In this document: in pieces, positions 17,601-25,739 of the stretch
Layout of the letters: every line of letters starts with the position of its first letter
How positions within the stretch are numbered: the stretch's first letter is position 1
Assembly: GCA_947630185.1 (NCBI GenBank)
Contig: CANRGT010000002.1
Coordinates: 45,467 to 109,466 of the forward strand
Direction: 5' to 3'
Origin: an uncultured Clostridia bacterium
GTDB taxonomy: Bacteria; Bacillota; Clostridia; TANB77; CAG-508
DNA length: 64,000 nt
Notes under the pieces: generated by a model
Told to the model about the DNA's origin: nothing
Database searches by the model: none
What the model saw: the letters and a program-made list of their open reading frames with translations, nothing else
Made by a program: the position numbers and the translations under genes

Positions 17601-19771
17601 TTTCTGAGCAGGTAGCTGATGAAAAAACAATTGATATAGGAACAATAAAACCAGGCGAAACTATAACAAAAAGCTATTATATTAAAATAGATAATTCAAT
17701 TCCAAGTCCAAAAACTTATAAAGATAGTGATGGAAACATATATATAGATGACGAAGATGGAACAGTTAAAAAACTAGAAGATGGTAAATTACCAGAAACT
17801 GAATTTACAAGCAAAGTTACTATCATCGGAGACCAAATGCAAAATGGTATTCCTTCAAATGAATATAAAAATACAATAAAAGATGGAGAAATAAAATTAC
17901 AATTAATAGGAAGCATTGAAGATAGTACACCACTATTAAAAGGACAAGAAACAAAATATAGAGTTAATATAAGTTATATAGGAAGCGAAAGTGAATTAAA
18001 AGATATAACAGTAAATATTCCATTATTACCAGGAACTAATTATAAAGAAGCAACATTAGAACAAGAAAATGGGGTAACAAGTAGAAATACTATTAGTTAT
18101 GATAAGAATACACATACATTACAAGTAAAAATAGACACTCTAACTACTACAGAGCAAGTAATACGTATAACATTAGAAGGAAAAGAGTTTGACGGAGTAA
18201 GTTCTATGAGAGCAATTGCAAAAAGTGCTGAAGGAGAAGAACATTATTCAAATACTTTAGAGTATGAATCAGCAAAAGTAAAACTAGAGATATCTGAACT
18301 TACAACAACACCAAGATATGTAAAAGAAGGAGAAACAATTACATATAAATTTGACATCAAAAATATAGGAGACATAATTGCAGAAAATATTAAGATAGAA
18401 GATGTTATACCTGATGAATTTTTATTTACAGAATTATCTTATACAACTGATTCAGGTGTACAACATATTACTAATATAAGTAATAATACAGCTAGAACTG
18501 TTATTTCACAACTACCTGTTGGAGCAAGTGCAAGCATAACAATTATTGTAAGAGCAAAAGTATTAAATGGAGAAGAAGACAAGCAAGTTAAAAATACAGT
18601 AAAAGTTTCAGCTCAATATTTTGAAGAAGTACAAACAAACACAGTAACAAACACAATAGAATATAATGAAGAATTACATAAAGAACCATCATCAAACCCA
18701 AATCAAGGTGGAACAACTACATCACCAACAACACCTAAATATAAAATAGCAGGAACTGCATGGTTAGATGAAAATAAAGATGGAAAACGTGATAACACAG
18801 AAAAACTTTTAAGTAACATACAAGTTGTATTATTAAATAAAGTAAATAATATGGTTGTAAACGATATAAATACAAACGAACCAAAAAGAACTACAACATC
18901 AAATAATGGAACATATGAATTTGCAAATATTATGCCAGGTGAATATTTAGTACTATTCTTATATGATGCATCAAGCTACAGTTTAACTAAATATAAAACA
19001 GAAGGCATAGATGAAGGATTAAATTCAGATGTAATAGATATAAATACTGTATTTGATGGAGAAAAGAGAGTTGCAGGTATTACAAACATAGTAAAAATTA
19101 CAGATTCAAATGTAAGAGATATCGATATAGGTTTATATGTAGCAGAAAAATTTGATTTAAGACTAGATAAATATGTAAGTAAAATAACATTAACAACTCC
19201 AACAATAGGAACAAGAGTAACACCATATAATGATGAAAAATTAGCAAAAGTAGAAATATTAGGAAACAACGTAAACAAGAGTAACATAATAGTAGAATAC
19301 AAAATAAAAGTAACAAATGAAGGAAAAATACCAGGATATGCGAGAAAATTAATAGATTACTTACCAGAAGATGCAATGTTTATGTCAGAAGTAAATAGTG
19401 ATTGGTATTTAGCAAGCAACAATCAAGATGTATTTAACACAAGCTTAGCAAATACAATAATAAATCCTGGAGAAAGCAAAGAAGTAACATTAGTATTAAG
19501 CTTTAATATAACAGATAAGAACATAGGAAATATTATAAACAATAATGCAGAAATATATGAAAGCTATAATGAAGAAGGAAGAGAAGATTTAGATTCATTA
19601 GCAGGAAATAATATATCACAAGAAGATGATATATCAAAAGCAGACATTGTGTTATCAGTAGTAACTGGTAAATTAGTAGTAGGATCAATCTTAATAGTAG
19701 TAATATTAGCAGTATTAGCATTCGGAGTATATGAAATAAAAAGACGAGTATTAACAAAGAAAGTAAACTAA
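14654..19771 (+). CDS. Large surface protein, A-type copy 2 (1705 aa), paralog of 3320..8530
   Basis: It has the same RBS context (ttaggaggttactATG), a near-identical signal peptide and N-terminal module, the same DUF11-like and SdrD-B-like modules, and the same C-terminal SVVTG plus TM plus basic tail. The central ~850 nt are ~98% identical to A1. Confidence 0.9.
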   Translation: MKMRRKILATIMLIILLSGNLLNVGSQVIALASTLPTQNSKTNNSNVEFNSYLEEGESHDKTFEVSKGGKLYINLKVKENGYLKDGVIEFQNSNFNLDSSQIESEYIQKIENGKIYLEQMQSGEECVIELPIEFAKSEKIDSDYFSKEVKTLFTADYINGNGNEKKIQKEVVNKIGWQVESEIEIEGKLNKYLPYHIGEEYGVIFQSKIDLGIKDNKAPIAKTNLEVEVPTINNQEAERVSVVLNSNKEDEVEEKNITTYNYEKENQKVMIETVREKDEEGKIDWEEGKDEYIVTSVYTGEEVYNYVNNKLKEAEAGKLTEEEIKEGQVNDKAITGNILATANIETYDGKSSTVEIGRKGSYVVEGPIGKITDINVESPKEISKGYLYANYDKEENKQETIYDITYITPIYDKVLNSSIEYQINNDKVEYEGELYSAENNIYVKQIKISKTNFIKLLGDSGSIKVSKKDGTVIGIIVSDETRAVINNLPEDALMNTFDDENGSYVLNIEKQKLSELLIETSTPKSEGRLVVTLTKAFSADNNYTKDQMKELTKIQTEVIERTGIDSKTITSDIKLTEVTNKAEININPESLSTVIVNKDVGIRAVLDTSSINYALYKNPTLKIRFPSYISDVKLNSKNILMNNGLKIKSVNVEKEDGVPVINIILEGTQSDYTLDAEYKGTIILLNADITVKTLTPSNENKIEMIYINENDVVKEKQGKVETKVNFVAPTGVVSANAIANYAENSKEVMSISDKTEEVQIETYSDKKVATVTGTVVNNYGNKITDLKILGRLPSKDNRKIDSEEEIGSTFDAVINSEIKVTGLENYKVYYSNKVDANSNLEDAENGWTEKFSKEAKSYMILADEGYEMNEQEVITFSYDIEVPANLSYNNSSYEMYKVYYTNTSEVGSLEETKESPVIALTTGEGPELDVKLESTADVIREGQTVKMNVTVTNTGDMAVTNAKLNIPKPEYAKFSVYTYNMGFSEQVADEKTIDIGTIKPGETITKSYYIKIDNSIPSPKTYKDSDGNIYIDDEDGTVKKLEDGKLPETEFTSKVTIIGDQMQNGIPSNEYKNTIKDGEIKLQLIGSIEDSTPLLKGQETKYRVNISYIGSESELKDITVNIPLLPGTNYKEATLEQENGVTSRNTISYDKNTHTLQVKIDTLTTTEQVIRITLEGKEFDGVSSMRAIAKSAEGEEHYSNTLEYESAKVKLEISELTTTPRYVKEGETITYKFDIKNIGDIIAENIKIEDVIPDEFLFTELSYTTDSGVQHITNISNNTARTVISQLPVGASASITIIVRAKVLNGEEDKQVKNTVKVSAQYFEEVQTNTVTNTIEYNEELHKEPSSNPNQGGTTTSPTTPKYKIAGTAWLDENKDGKRDNTEKLLSNIQVVLLNKVNNMVVNDINTNEPKRTTTSNNGTYEFANIMPGEYLVLFLYDASSYSLTKYKTEGIDEGLNSDVIDINTVFDGEKRVAGITNIVKITDSNVRDIDIGLYVAEKFDLRLDKYVSKITLTTPTIGTRVTPYNDEKLAKVEILGNNVNKSNIIVEYKIKVTNEGKIPGYARKLIDYLPEDAMFMSEVNSDWYLASNNQDVFNTSLANTIINPGESKEVTLVLSFNITDKNIGNIINNNAEIYESYNEEGREDLDSLAGNNISQEDDISKADIVLSVVTGKLVVGSILIVVILAVLAFGVYEIKRRVLTKKVN
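16714..17563 (+). repeat. A2 copy of the ~850-nt near-identical tract shared with A1 (partner 5488..6337)
   Basis: Same evidence as for 5488..6337. Confidence 0.9.
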
Positions 19772-19792
19772 AAGGAGAGGAGGAAAAATAAA

Positions 19793-22700
19793 ATGCGAAC
19801 TAAAAAGATGAAACAAATCTTTAGAGTAAGTATACTAATGATAATGGTAACATTAATTATAGTAGGAATATTACAATTAACAATTGATAGAATAAAAGCT
19901 GTTACCGATCCTGATGTAGAAATTGTACCAAATGAAGATGAATATGGCGTAGAAATAGTACCAGATGGTGCAGGTACATTAGTATCTGGCGACCCATATT
20001 CAAAGTTTAATGTTCCAGCAGGTGCAAAAGACTTACCATGTTTAGAATTAGGACCAGGTGATTTAGCTCCTCTAATTGAAGGTTACGAAGTTTATTGTAT
20101 AGAGCCAAAACAAGGACATGTAACACCAGGATTAAGAACTAGAAAATCTGGTGGAGGATATTTTACAAAAACTGAATTACAAGGTTTAGCATCACAGTTT
20201 AAAGAATCAAAATGTACTACAAATACAAAACTACCAGAATATGGACATGCTAAAATAACATGGAAAGAAATCTCACAAACACCTTGGTATAATACCAATA
20301 CAGGTGAGACTGACTATTATAACACAGTAGAAAAAGTAGAATTAGTAGAGCATACTAAAGTAACAATGCCATCAAAAATAGTAACACCACCATTATTCTC
20401 TACAAAAGAAGTAATACAATTAAGTCCAGCTATGGCATATATAGTATCTTCTGATCCAAAAGGACAATGGACAGAAGAAAAACAATATGCAATCTGGAAT
20501 TTAAGAGGAAAACAAGTATTTAATGAAGCAACAGGTGATTATGAAAGTGCAGATGGAAGCGCAATTGTAGGTACAGGAACAGAAGAATATCCTAACCCTG
20601 AAGTAGGAGGTGCTGCAGATGGACTTACAAACGAAGCACTTCGTTATGCAGAATATCATAATAAAGTAGAAGCAAATGGTGGATTAAATCCACAAAACAC
20701 ATCATCAGGAGTTTTCCCTAGAGTTGATATGGCAACAGGAAATTATACCTTTGGACCATTTAGTATGACCTATGTTGATGATGGAACAGCTTTTGATGGA
20801 GGAAAATCTTTTGCAGGAATTACAGAAATGTATGTTATGGGATATAACTCATTTGGAGCTTGTATAGGACAACTTCCAATTTCAAGTATTATGCTTGGAG
20901 ATGGTGCAACAGGAGGATATGGAGGAGGAAGCTCTTTACAATTCTTCACTCCATCAGGAAGTGAACTAGTAGATACTAATAAACAAGTATATCCAAAATC
21001 AGGACAACAGTTTTTCGTAACAATAAGTAACCCAAATGTTGGAAAAACTTCAGAAGAACAATGTGTAACATCTATTTCTGTAAAAGTAAAATTTCAATAT
21101 ATGTTAGCATCTGGTGAAGCAGCAATATTAGAAGGTAAACAATATACAGCTACACTAACTGCTAATGAAAAAGTACACGAGCATACTGGAGATTGCTATG
21201 ATGGAACTACAAAGCATACCAAAACAGTTGAAGACACAGATAATTGGATAGACGAATATTGGGAAAGAACTGATGAATATGGCACTACAATAACAACAAC
21301 TACAAAGCCAGATCCAAATGATGGATATAACTGGACTCATGTTGCAGGACATTATGGAACAAAAGTTGTTGATGAAACAGCTTATGGATGTAAAATAGAT
21401 GTTTCAATTAGTTCAACAGATCAACAAGAAGTAATGATACCAGATGCAAACAGATTACTTTATGAACAAGAATTAGACTTATATGCATCAATTCCAACAC
21501 CACCAGGAGATGATGATGATGATACACCACCACCTCCACCACCAGGAGATGATGATAATGACGACGATGATGATGATGATGAAAAATTAGTATTTGATTA
21601 TTTTGACTTTTCATTTAACTTAGGTGGAAATGTATGGGAGGATGCTGGAGTAGGAAAAGAAGGTTTACAAGATGGACGTAATACAACTGATATTCCAGGT
21701 TCTGAAGATATAAGTCTTAAAAATATAAAAGTAACACTATATTTTGCAGATACTAATGAATTAGCTTGGCCAATAAATACAAGTAGAAAAACAGCTTCAA
21801 ATATGTATGCATATATAAACCCAACATATACAGACGAAAATGGTAAATATGAATTTAGAGGCTTAGACCCAATGAGAAAATATTACGTTAAATTCGAATA
21901 TGATGGACAAATATATATGCCAACTGAGTATTTAACAAATATAGATGTAGATGGAAGTATGAATAAAGACAAACCTAATTATTATAATATAGAAGATATG
22001 ATTAATAATGGCTTGTATAATACAGATGCATGGCAAAGAACTTCAAAAGCAACAGAAAAAAATAGTGAAAAAACTATATACGATAATAGATTTGGAACAA
22101 TTGGTTCATACCCAGAAAACTATGTAACAACTAATTCCTTAGGCTTGCTTCAAGGTACATATAACACAACCTTTAGTAGATTAGATTTAATGGGTTATAC
22201 TTTAGGAACAGATGGAAAATATTATTACGATAGATCAAAACAACTATTAGATGGATATCTATATGATGAACAAGGAATAGAAACTAATCAATATCAAGAA
22301 GGTATAGTAACTGAAGCAATTAAACAGTTTATTATGGGAGATGGAATTACACCAGGAAGCTATAGATACCCTAATGATCAAGAATTAAGAAATATATATC
22401 TAAGAATAGTAAATGGTAATGTAGAAACTGCTAAGAAATTACAATTTATTGAAGATTGTAAAATGTCAGCTTATACTAAACCACAAAGTAGTGAAGATAT
22501 TAGTACATATGATAACTATTTGACTTTAAACCAATTTACTAATAACTTAGATTCAGAAGAACATTCTACATATGTTAAACAAGTTCTACAACCAGATGGA
22601 ACATATAAAGAGGTAGAAGTTACTATTAACATTTATCATTATACATTACTTGATGGTGGAGCAAATTATATAAACTTAGGTTTAGTAAGAAGATCACAAA

Positions 22701-25420
22701 ACGACTTATCACTTACAAAAGATGTATATAAAGCAGCATTAACAATAAATGGACAAACACAAACATATACATATAATGGTGATGACGAAGATGATGAAAG
22801 ATATTGGGAAATTAGTGCAAGAATTTCAGATTATGCAGCATACTATTCACCTACATATAATAGAGAATTATACCCAGCAGATACTAAGGTGGATTTAGAA
22901 AATACACAAGGTAAGAGATTAGATGTATATGTTACATACAAATTATCAATTAGAAATACAGCATCATTACTAGCACAAGTAGATGAAGTAGTAGATTACT
23001 ATGATGAAGATTATGTATTTATGCCTAATATGTCATGGGTAATGTACAAAGGAGAACAAGATGATAGAAGAATAAATAATGTTAGTGATAAAGAATACTT
23101 AAAAATTATAGAAGGACAAAGCTTAGACGGAGCAAACGAACTTTATAGACAAGAAAGTTATGCAACAAATAATGATAAGTATAAACCAGTACAATCAAGT
23201 GATACTGGAATGTATTCAGAAAATACAAGATATAATGATGAACTAAGAAACTTAGGATATAAGACAATTTATATCAATGGGTTAAAAGACAATAAGTTAT
23301 CAACAGGAGGAACAGGATATATCTACTTAACATTTAAATTAGGAAGAGCTTCAGATTATAGCCTACTTCTAGATAACGATGAAAATAGTTCAAAGAAAAA
23401 TATTGCAGAAGTAAATGGATACTCAACATGGTACAATAATGGACAAGTATTACCAAATGGAATTACAAAATCTTCAAATGACCATGCTGGTATAATAGAT
23501 AAGGATTCTAACCCAGGTAACTTTAATGATGCTACATTAAGAGCAATACAATCAACACCACAAGGACAACAAATTTATGAGCATAATTTTGAAGACGATA
23601 CAGATAGAGCAAAAGGAATAAGAATATATGCAGATAGTAGCTTAACAAGAAAAATAGAAGGTATAACATGGGAAGACAAGAGAACATATTCACCAAGTGA
23701 TACAAATGCACTTATAGGAAACGGCTTAAGAGAAGATGGTGAAGTAGGAGTAGAAGGCGTACAAGTAACTTTGCATGAGGTAACTAAAACACCTGATGGA
23801 AAAGTAACAGTAGATCCAAATGTGGCAAAAATATATAATAAAGATACAGGAAACTTTGTAGATGCAATCACAACTACAGCTTCAGATGGAACATATAATT
23901 TTGAAGGATATATACCAGGAGATTATATAGTAAGATTCACATATAATGGAAAAACATATAATGCACAAGACTATAAATCAACAAGTTATCAAATGGATTT
24001 ATCTACAGGAGCAAAAATAGACCAAAATGGAAGAACAGATATTAGTGGTGACGATGTACCAGGATATGTAGGATATACAGATTTAAACGGACAAAATGAA
24101 TCAGCTAAATATGGCTATGATATTGCTAAAGCAGATGAATTTGGATTAAGAGTATCAGATGCAAAAGACATTTGGAGCATAAGAGAAGGAGTAAATAATA
24201 AATACTCACATAGTGTAACAAATGCTATGGCAGAAGAACAAGCATATGGCAAAAATGTAGACGGAACTGTTAAATATGAAGAAATGATAGCAGAAACAGG
24301 TGTAATAAGAGTAGAAGTAGAGTATAACAGAGAGTTTTCAGTAGGAAGCAATAAAGAAAGCAACAATTCAGACGACATGAAATATGCTAATGGAAATGAA
24401 TATAATGGAAACTATGTAATACAAGACTTAGACTTCGGCTTAGAAGAAAGACCAAAAGCAGGATTAGAATTAGACAAGAAAGTAAGCAATGTAAAAGTAA
24501 CACTTGCAGATAGAACAGTATTATTTGATGCAACACAAAGTGTAGAAGATTTAATCTGGCAACCAAAAGAAAGCTACAATATAAATGATATGAAAAACAA
24601 TACAGAATATGATACAGTAGGACCAAATGCATCTAATCCAGAAAGAGTATATAGTGATTACACAAGATACAATGACTTTAGACAAGCAGTATTAGAGAGG
24701 GTAGCAACAATGGTAAATAGCAATAAAGGTTTAATCCAAGTAACAATGGACGAAGAAATAATGCATGGTGCAACAATAGAAATAACCTATGACATGACAG
24801 TTACAAATATAGGTGAAGAAGACTACAATGAAACATCATTCTACTATATAGGAAAAGTAGCTGATAAAGATAATATTGTAAAAACATCAGCAGACTTAAC
24901 TTTAGACTATGTACCAAATAATTTGAAATTTATAAAAGATCAAAATGCAACATGGAATTGGAACACAATTACTCAATCAGATATTAGTGCAAATGGATAT
25001 GTAAATGCAAAGTTGCAAGAAGAAAAAATAAACGGAAAATATAATACAATTCTTACTACAGATGCATTAAAGAAAGATTTAGTTCCAGTAGGAAGCGGAA
25101 ATGTAAATAGTAGCGTAGCAAATACAAAACTAATATTAACACAAACAATAACATCAGAAAACATATCAGATGATTTATCATATGATAACATTGCAGAAAT
25201 AGTATCAATTTCAAATACAGTAGGTAGAAGAATGGCATACTCAATACAAGGAAATCAAGACCCAACAGCAGAACCAGCAGAACCAGATGCAAGTAAAGCA
25301 GAAAATGTAGTTATTTTACCACCATTTGGTACACACTACCTATACATTGGATTAGGCATAGTAATAGTAGCAATAGTAGCAGTAAGTGCAATTGTTATTA
25401 AGAAAAGAATATTAAAATAA
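19793..25420 (+). CDS. Large surface protein, B-type copy 2 (1875 aa), paralog of 8551..14364; putative Cys-Gln thioester-domain adhesin
   Basis: An AGGAGAGGAGG RBS precedes the start, which is 21 nt after the A2 stop. It has a signal peptide and an N-terminal domain with EVYCIEPKQGH and EEKQYAIWNL motifs. The linker is short (PPGDDDDDTPPPPPPGDDDNDDDDDDDE). The SdrD-B-like and DUF11-like modules are collinear with B1. The C-terminus is LPPFG plus a TM helix plus KKRILK. Confidence 0.9.
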   Translation: MRTKKMKQIFRVSILMIMVTLIIVGILQLTIDRIKAVTDPDVEIVPNEDEYGVEIVPDGAGTLVSGDPYSKFNVPAGAKDLPCLELGPGDLAPLIEGYEVYCIEPKQGHVTPGLRTRKSGGGYFTKTELQGLASQFKESKCTTNTKLPEYGHAKITWKEISQTPWYNTNTGETDYYNTVEKVELVEHTKVTMPSKIVTPPLFSTKEVIQLSPAMAYIVSSDPKGQWTEEKQYAIWNLRGKQVFNEATGDYESADGSAIVGTGTEEYPNPEVGGAADGLTNEALRYAEYHNKVEANGGLNPQNTSSGVFPRVDMATGNYTFGPFSMTYVDDGTAFDGGKSFAGITEMYVMGYNSFGACIGQLPISSIMLGDGATGGYGGGSSLQFFTPSGSELVDTNKQVYPKSGQQFFVTISNPNVGKTSEEQCVTSISVKVKFQYMLASGEAAILEGKQYTATLTANEKVHEHTGDCYDGTTKHTKTVEDTDNWIDEYWERTDEYGTTITTTTKPDPNDGYNWTHVAGHYGTKVVDETAYGCKIDVSISSTDQQEVMIPDANRLLYEQELDLYASIPTPPGDDDDDTPPPPPPGDDDNDDDDDDDEKLVFDYFDFSFNLGGNVWEDAGVGKEGLQDGRNTTDIPGSEDISLKNIKVTLYFADTNELAWPINTSRKTASNMYAYINPTYTDENGKYEFRGLDPMRKYYVKFEYDGQIYMPTEYLTNIDVDGSMNKDKPNYYNIEDMINNGLYNTDAWQRTSKATEKNSEKTIYDNRFGTIGSYPENYVTTNSLGLLQGTYNTTFSRLDLMGYTLGTDGKYYYDRSKQLLDGYLYDEQGIETNQYQEGIVTEAIKQFIMGDGITPGSYRYPNDQELRNIYLRIVNGNVETAKKLQFIEDCKMSAYTKPQSSEDISTYDNYLTLNQFTNNLDSEEHSTYVKQVLQPDGTYKEVEVTINIYHYTLLDGGANYINLGLVRRSQNDLSLTKDVYKAALTINGQTQTYTYNGDDEDDERYWEISARISDYAAYYSPTYNRELYPADTKVDLENTQGKRLDVYVTYKLSIRNTASLLAQVDEVVDYYDEDYVFMPNMSWVMYKGEQDDRRINNVSDKEYLKIIEGQSLDGANELYRQESYATNNDKYKPVQSSDTGMYSENTRYNDELRNLGYKTIYINGLKDNKLSTGGTGYIYLTFKLGRASDYSLLLDNDENSSKKNIAEVNGYSTWYNNGQVLPNGITKSSNDHAGIIDKDSNPGNFNDATLRAIQSTPQGQQIYEHNFEDDTDRAKGIRIYADSSLTRKIEGITWEDKRTYSPSDTNALIGNGLREDGEVGVEGVQVTLHEVTKTPDGKVTVDPNVAKIYNKDTGNFVDAITTTASDGTYNFEGYIPGDYIVRFTYNGKTYNAQDYKSTSYQMDLSTGAKIDQNGRTDISGDDVPGYVGYTDLNGQNESAKYGYDIAKADEFGLRVSDAKDIWSIREGVNNKYSHSVTNAMAEEQAYGKNVDGTVKYEEMIAETGVIRVEVEYNREFSVGSNKESNNSDDMKYANGNEYNGNYVIQDLDFGLEERPKAGLELDKKVSNVKVTLADRTVLFDATQSVEDLIWQPKESYNINDMKNNTEYDTVGPNASNPERVYSDYTRYNDFRQAVLERVATMVNSNKGLIQVTMDEEIMHGATIEITYDMTVTNIGEEDYNETSFYYIGKVADKDNIVKTSADLTLDYVPNNLKFIKDQNATWNWNTITQSDISANGYVNAKLQEEKINGKYNTILTTDALKKDLVPVGSGNVNSSVANTKLILTQTITSENISDDLSYDNIAEIVSISNTVGRRMAYSIQGNQDPTAEPAEPDASKAENVVILPPFGTHYLYIGLGIVIVAIVAVSAIVIKKRILK

Positions 25421-25435
25421 TACGACATAATTAAT

Positions 25436-25494
25436 AAAAAGAAGATTGTTCAATTTTGAGTAAAATCAAAATTTTAAAACAATCTTCTTTTTTT
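25436..25494 (+). terminator. Rho-independent terminator after B2
   Basis: A perfect 15-bp outer stem, AAAAAGAAGATTGTT (25436-25450) with AACAATCTTCTTTTT (25478-25492), encloses an inner 8-bp stem (AATTTTGA/TCAAAATT). A T-run follows. Confidence 0.75.
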
Positions 25495-25739
25495 ATTATG
25501 GATAAAATAAAAAATTTATATTTGGAAATAATTAATTTAAAAATAAACTAACAAAAAGCTTGTATTTTTAGACATTTTAAGATAGAATATAAAAAAATAA
25601 ATAAGAAAAAAATAAAAAGAACACGTAAGATGACAATTAAGAAAGAAAACTTTTTTAATTTGAGTATTCAAAACGACAAAAATTTTAAATAGCTTGTACT
25701 AAAATAAAAGCAAATTAAAAAAGTAGGGGTGATTTTAAA

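Noticed and set aside
25620-25739. Spo0A boxes (TGTCGAA) upstream of spoIIE.
   Set aside because: Only partial matches are present (for example ttttgtcgttt on the minus strand around 25670-25680). This is not enough to call a site by eye.
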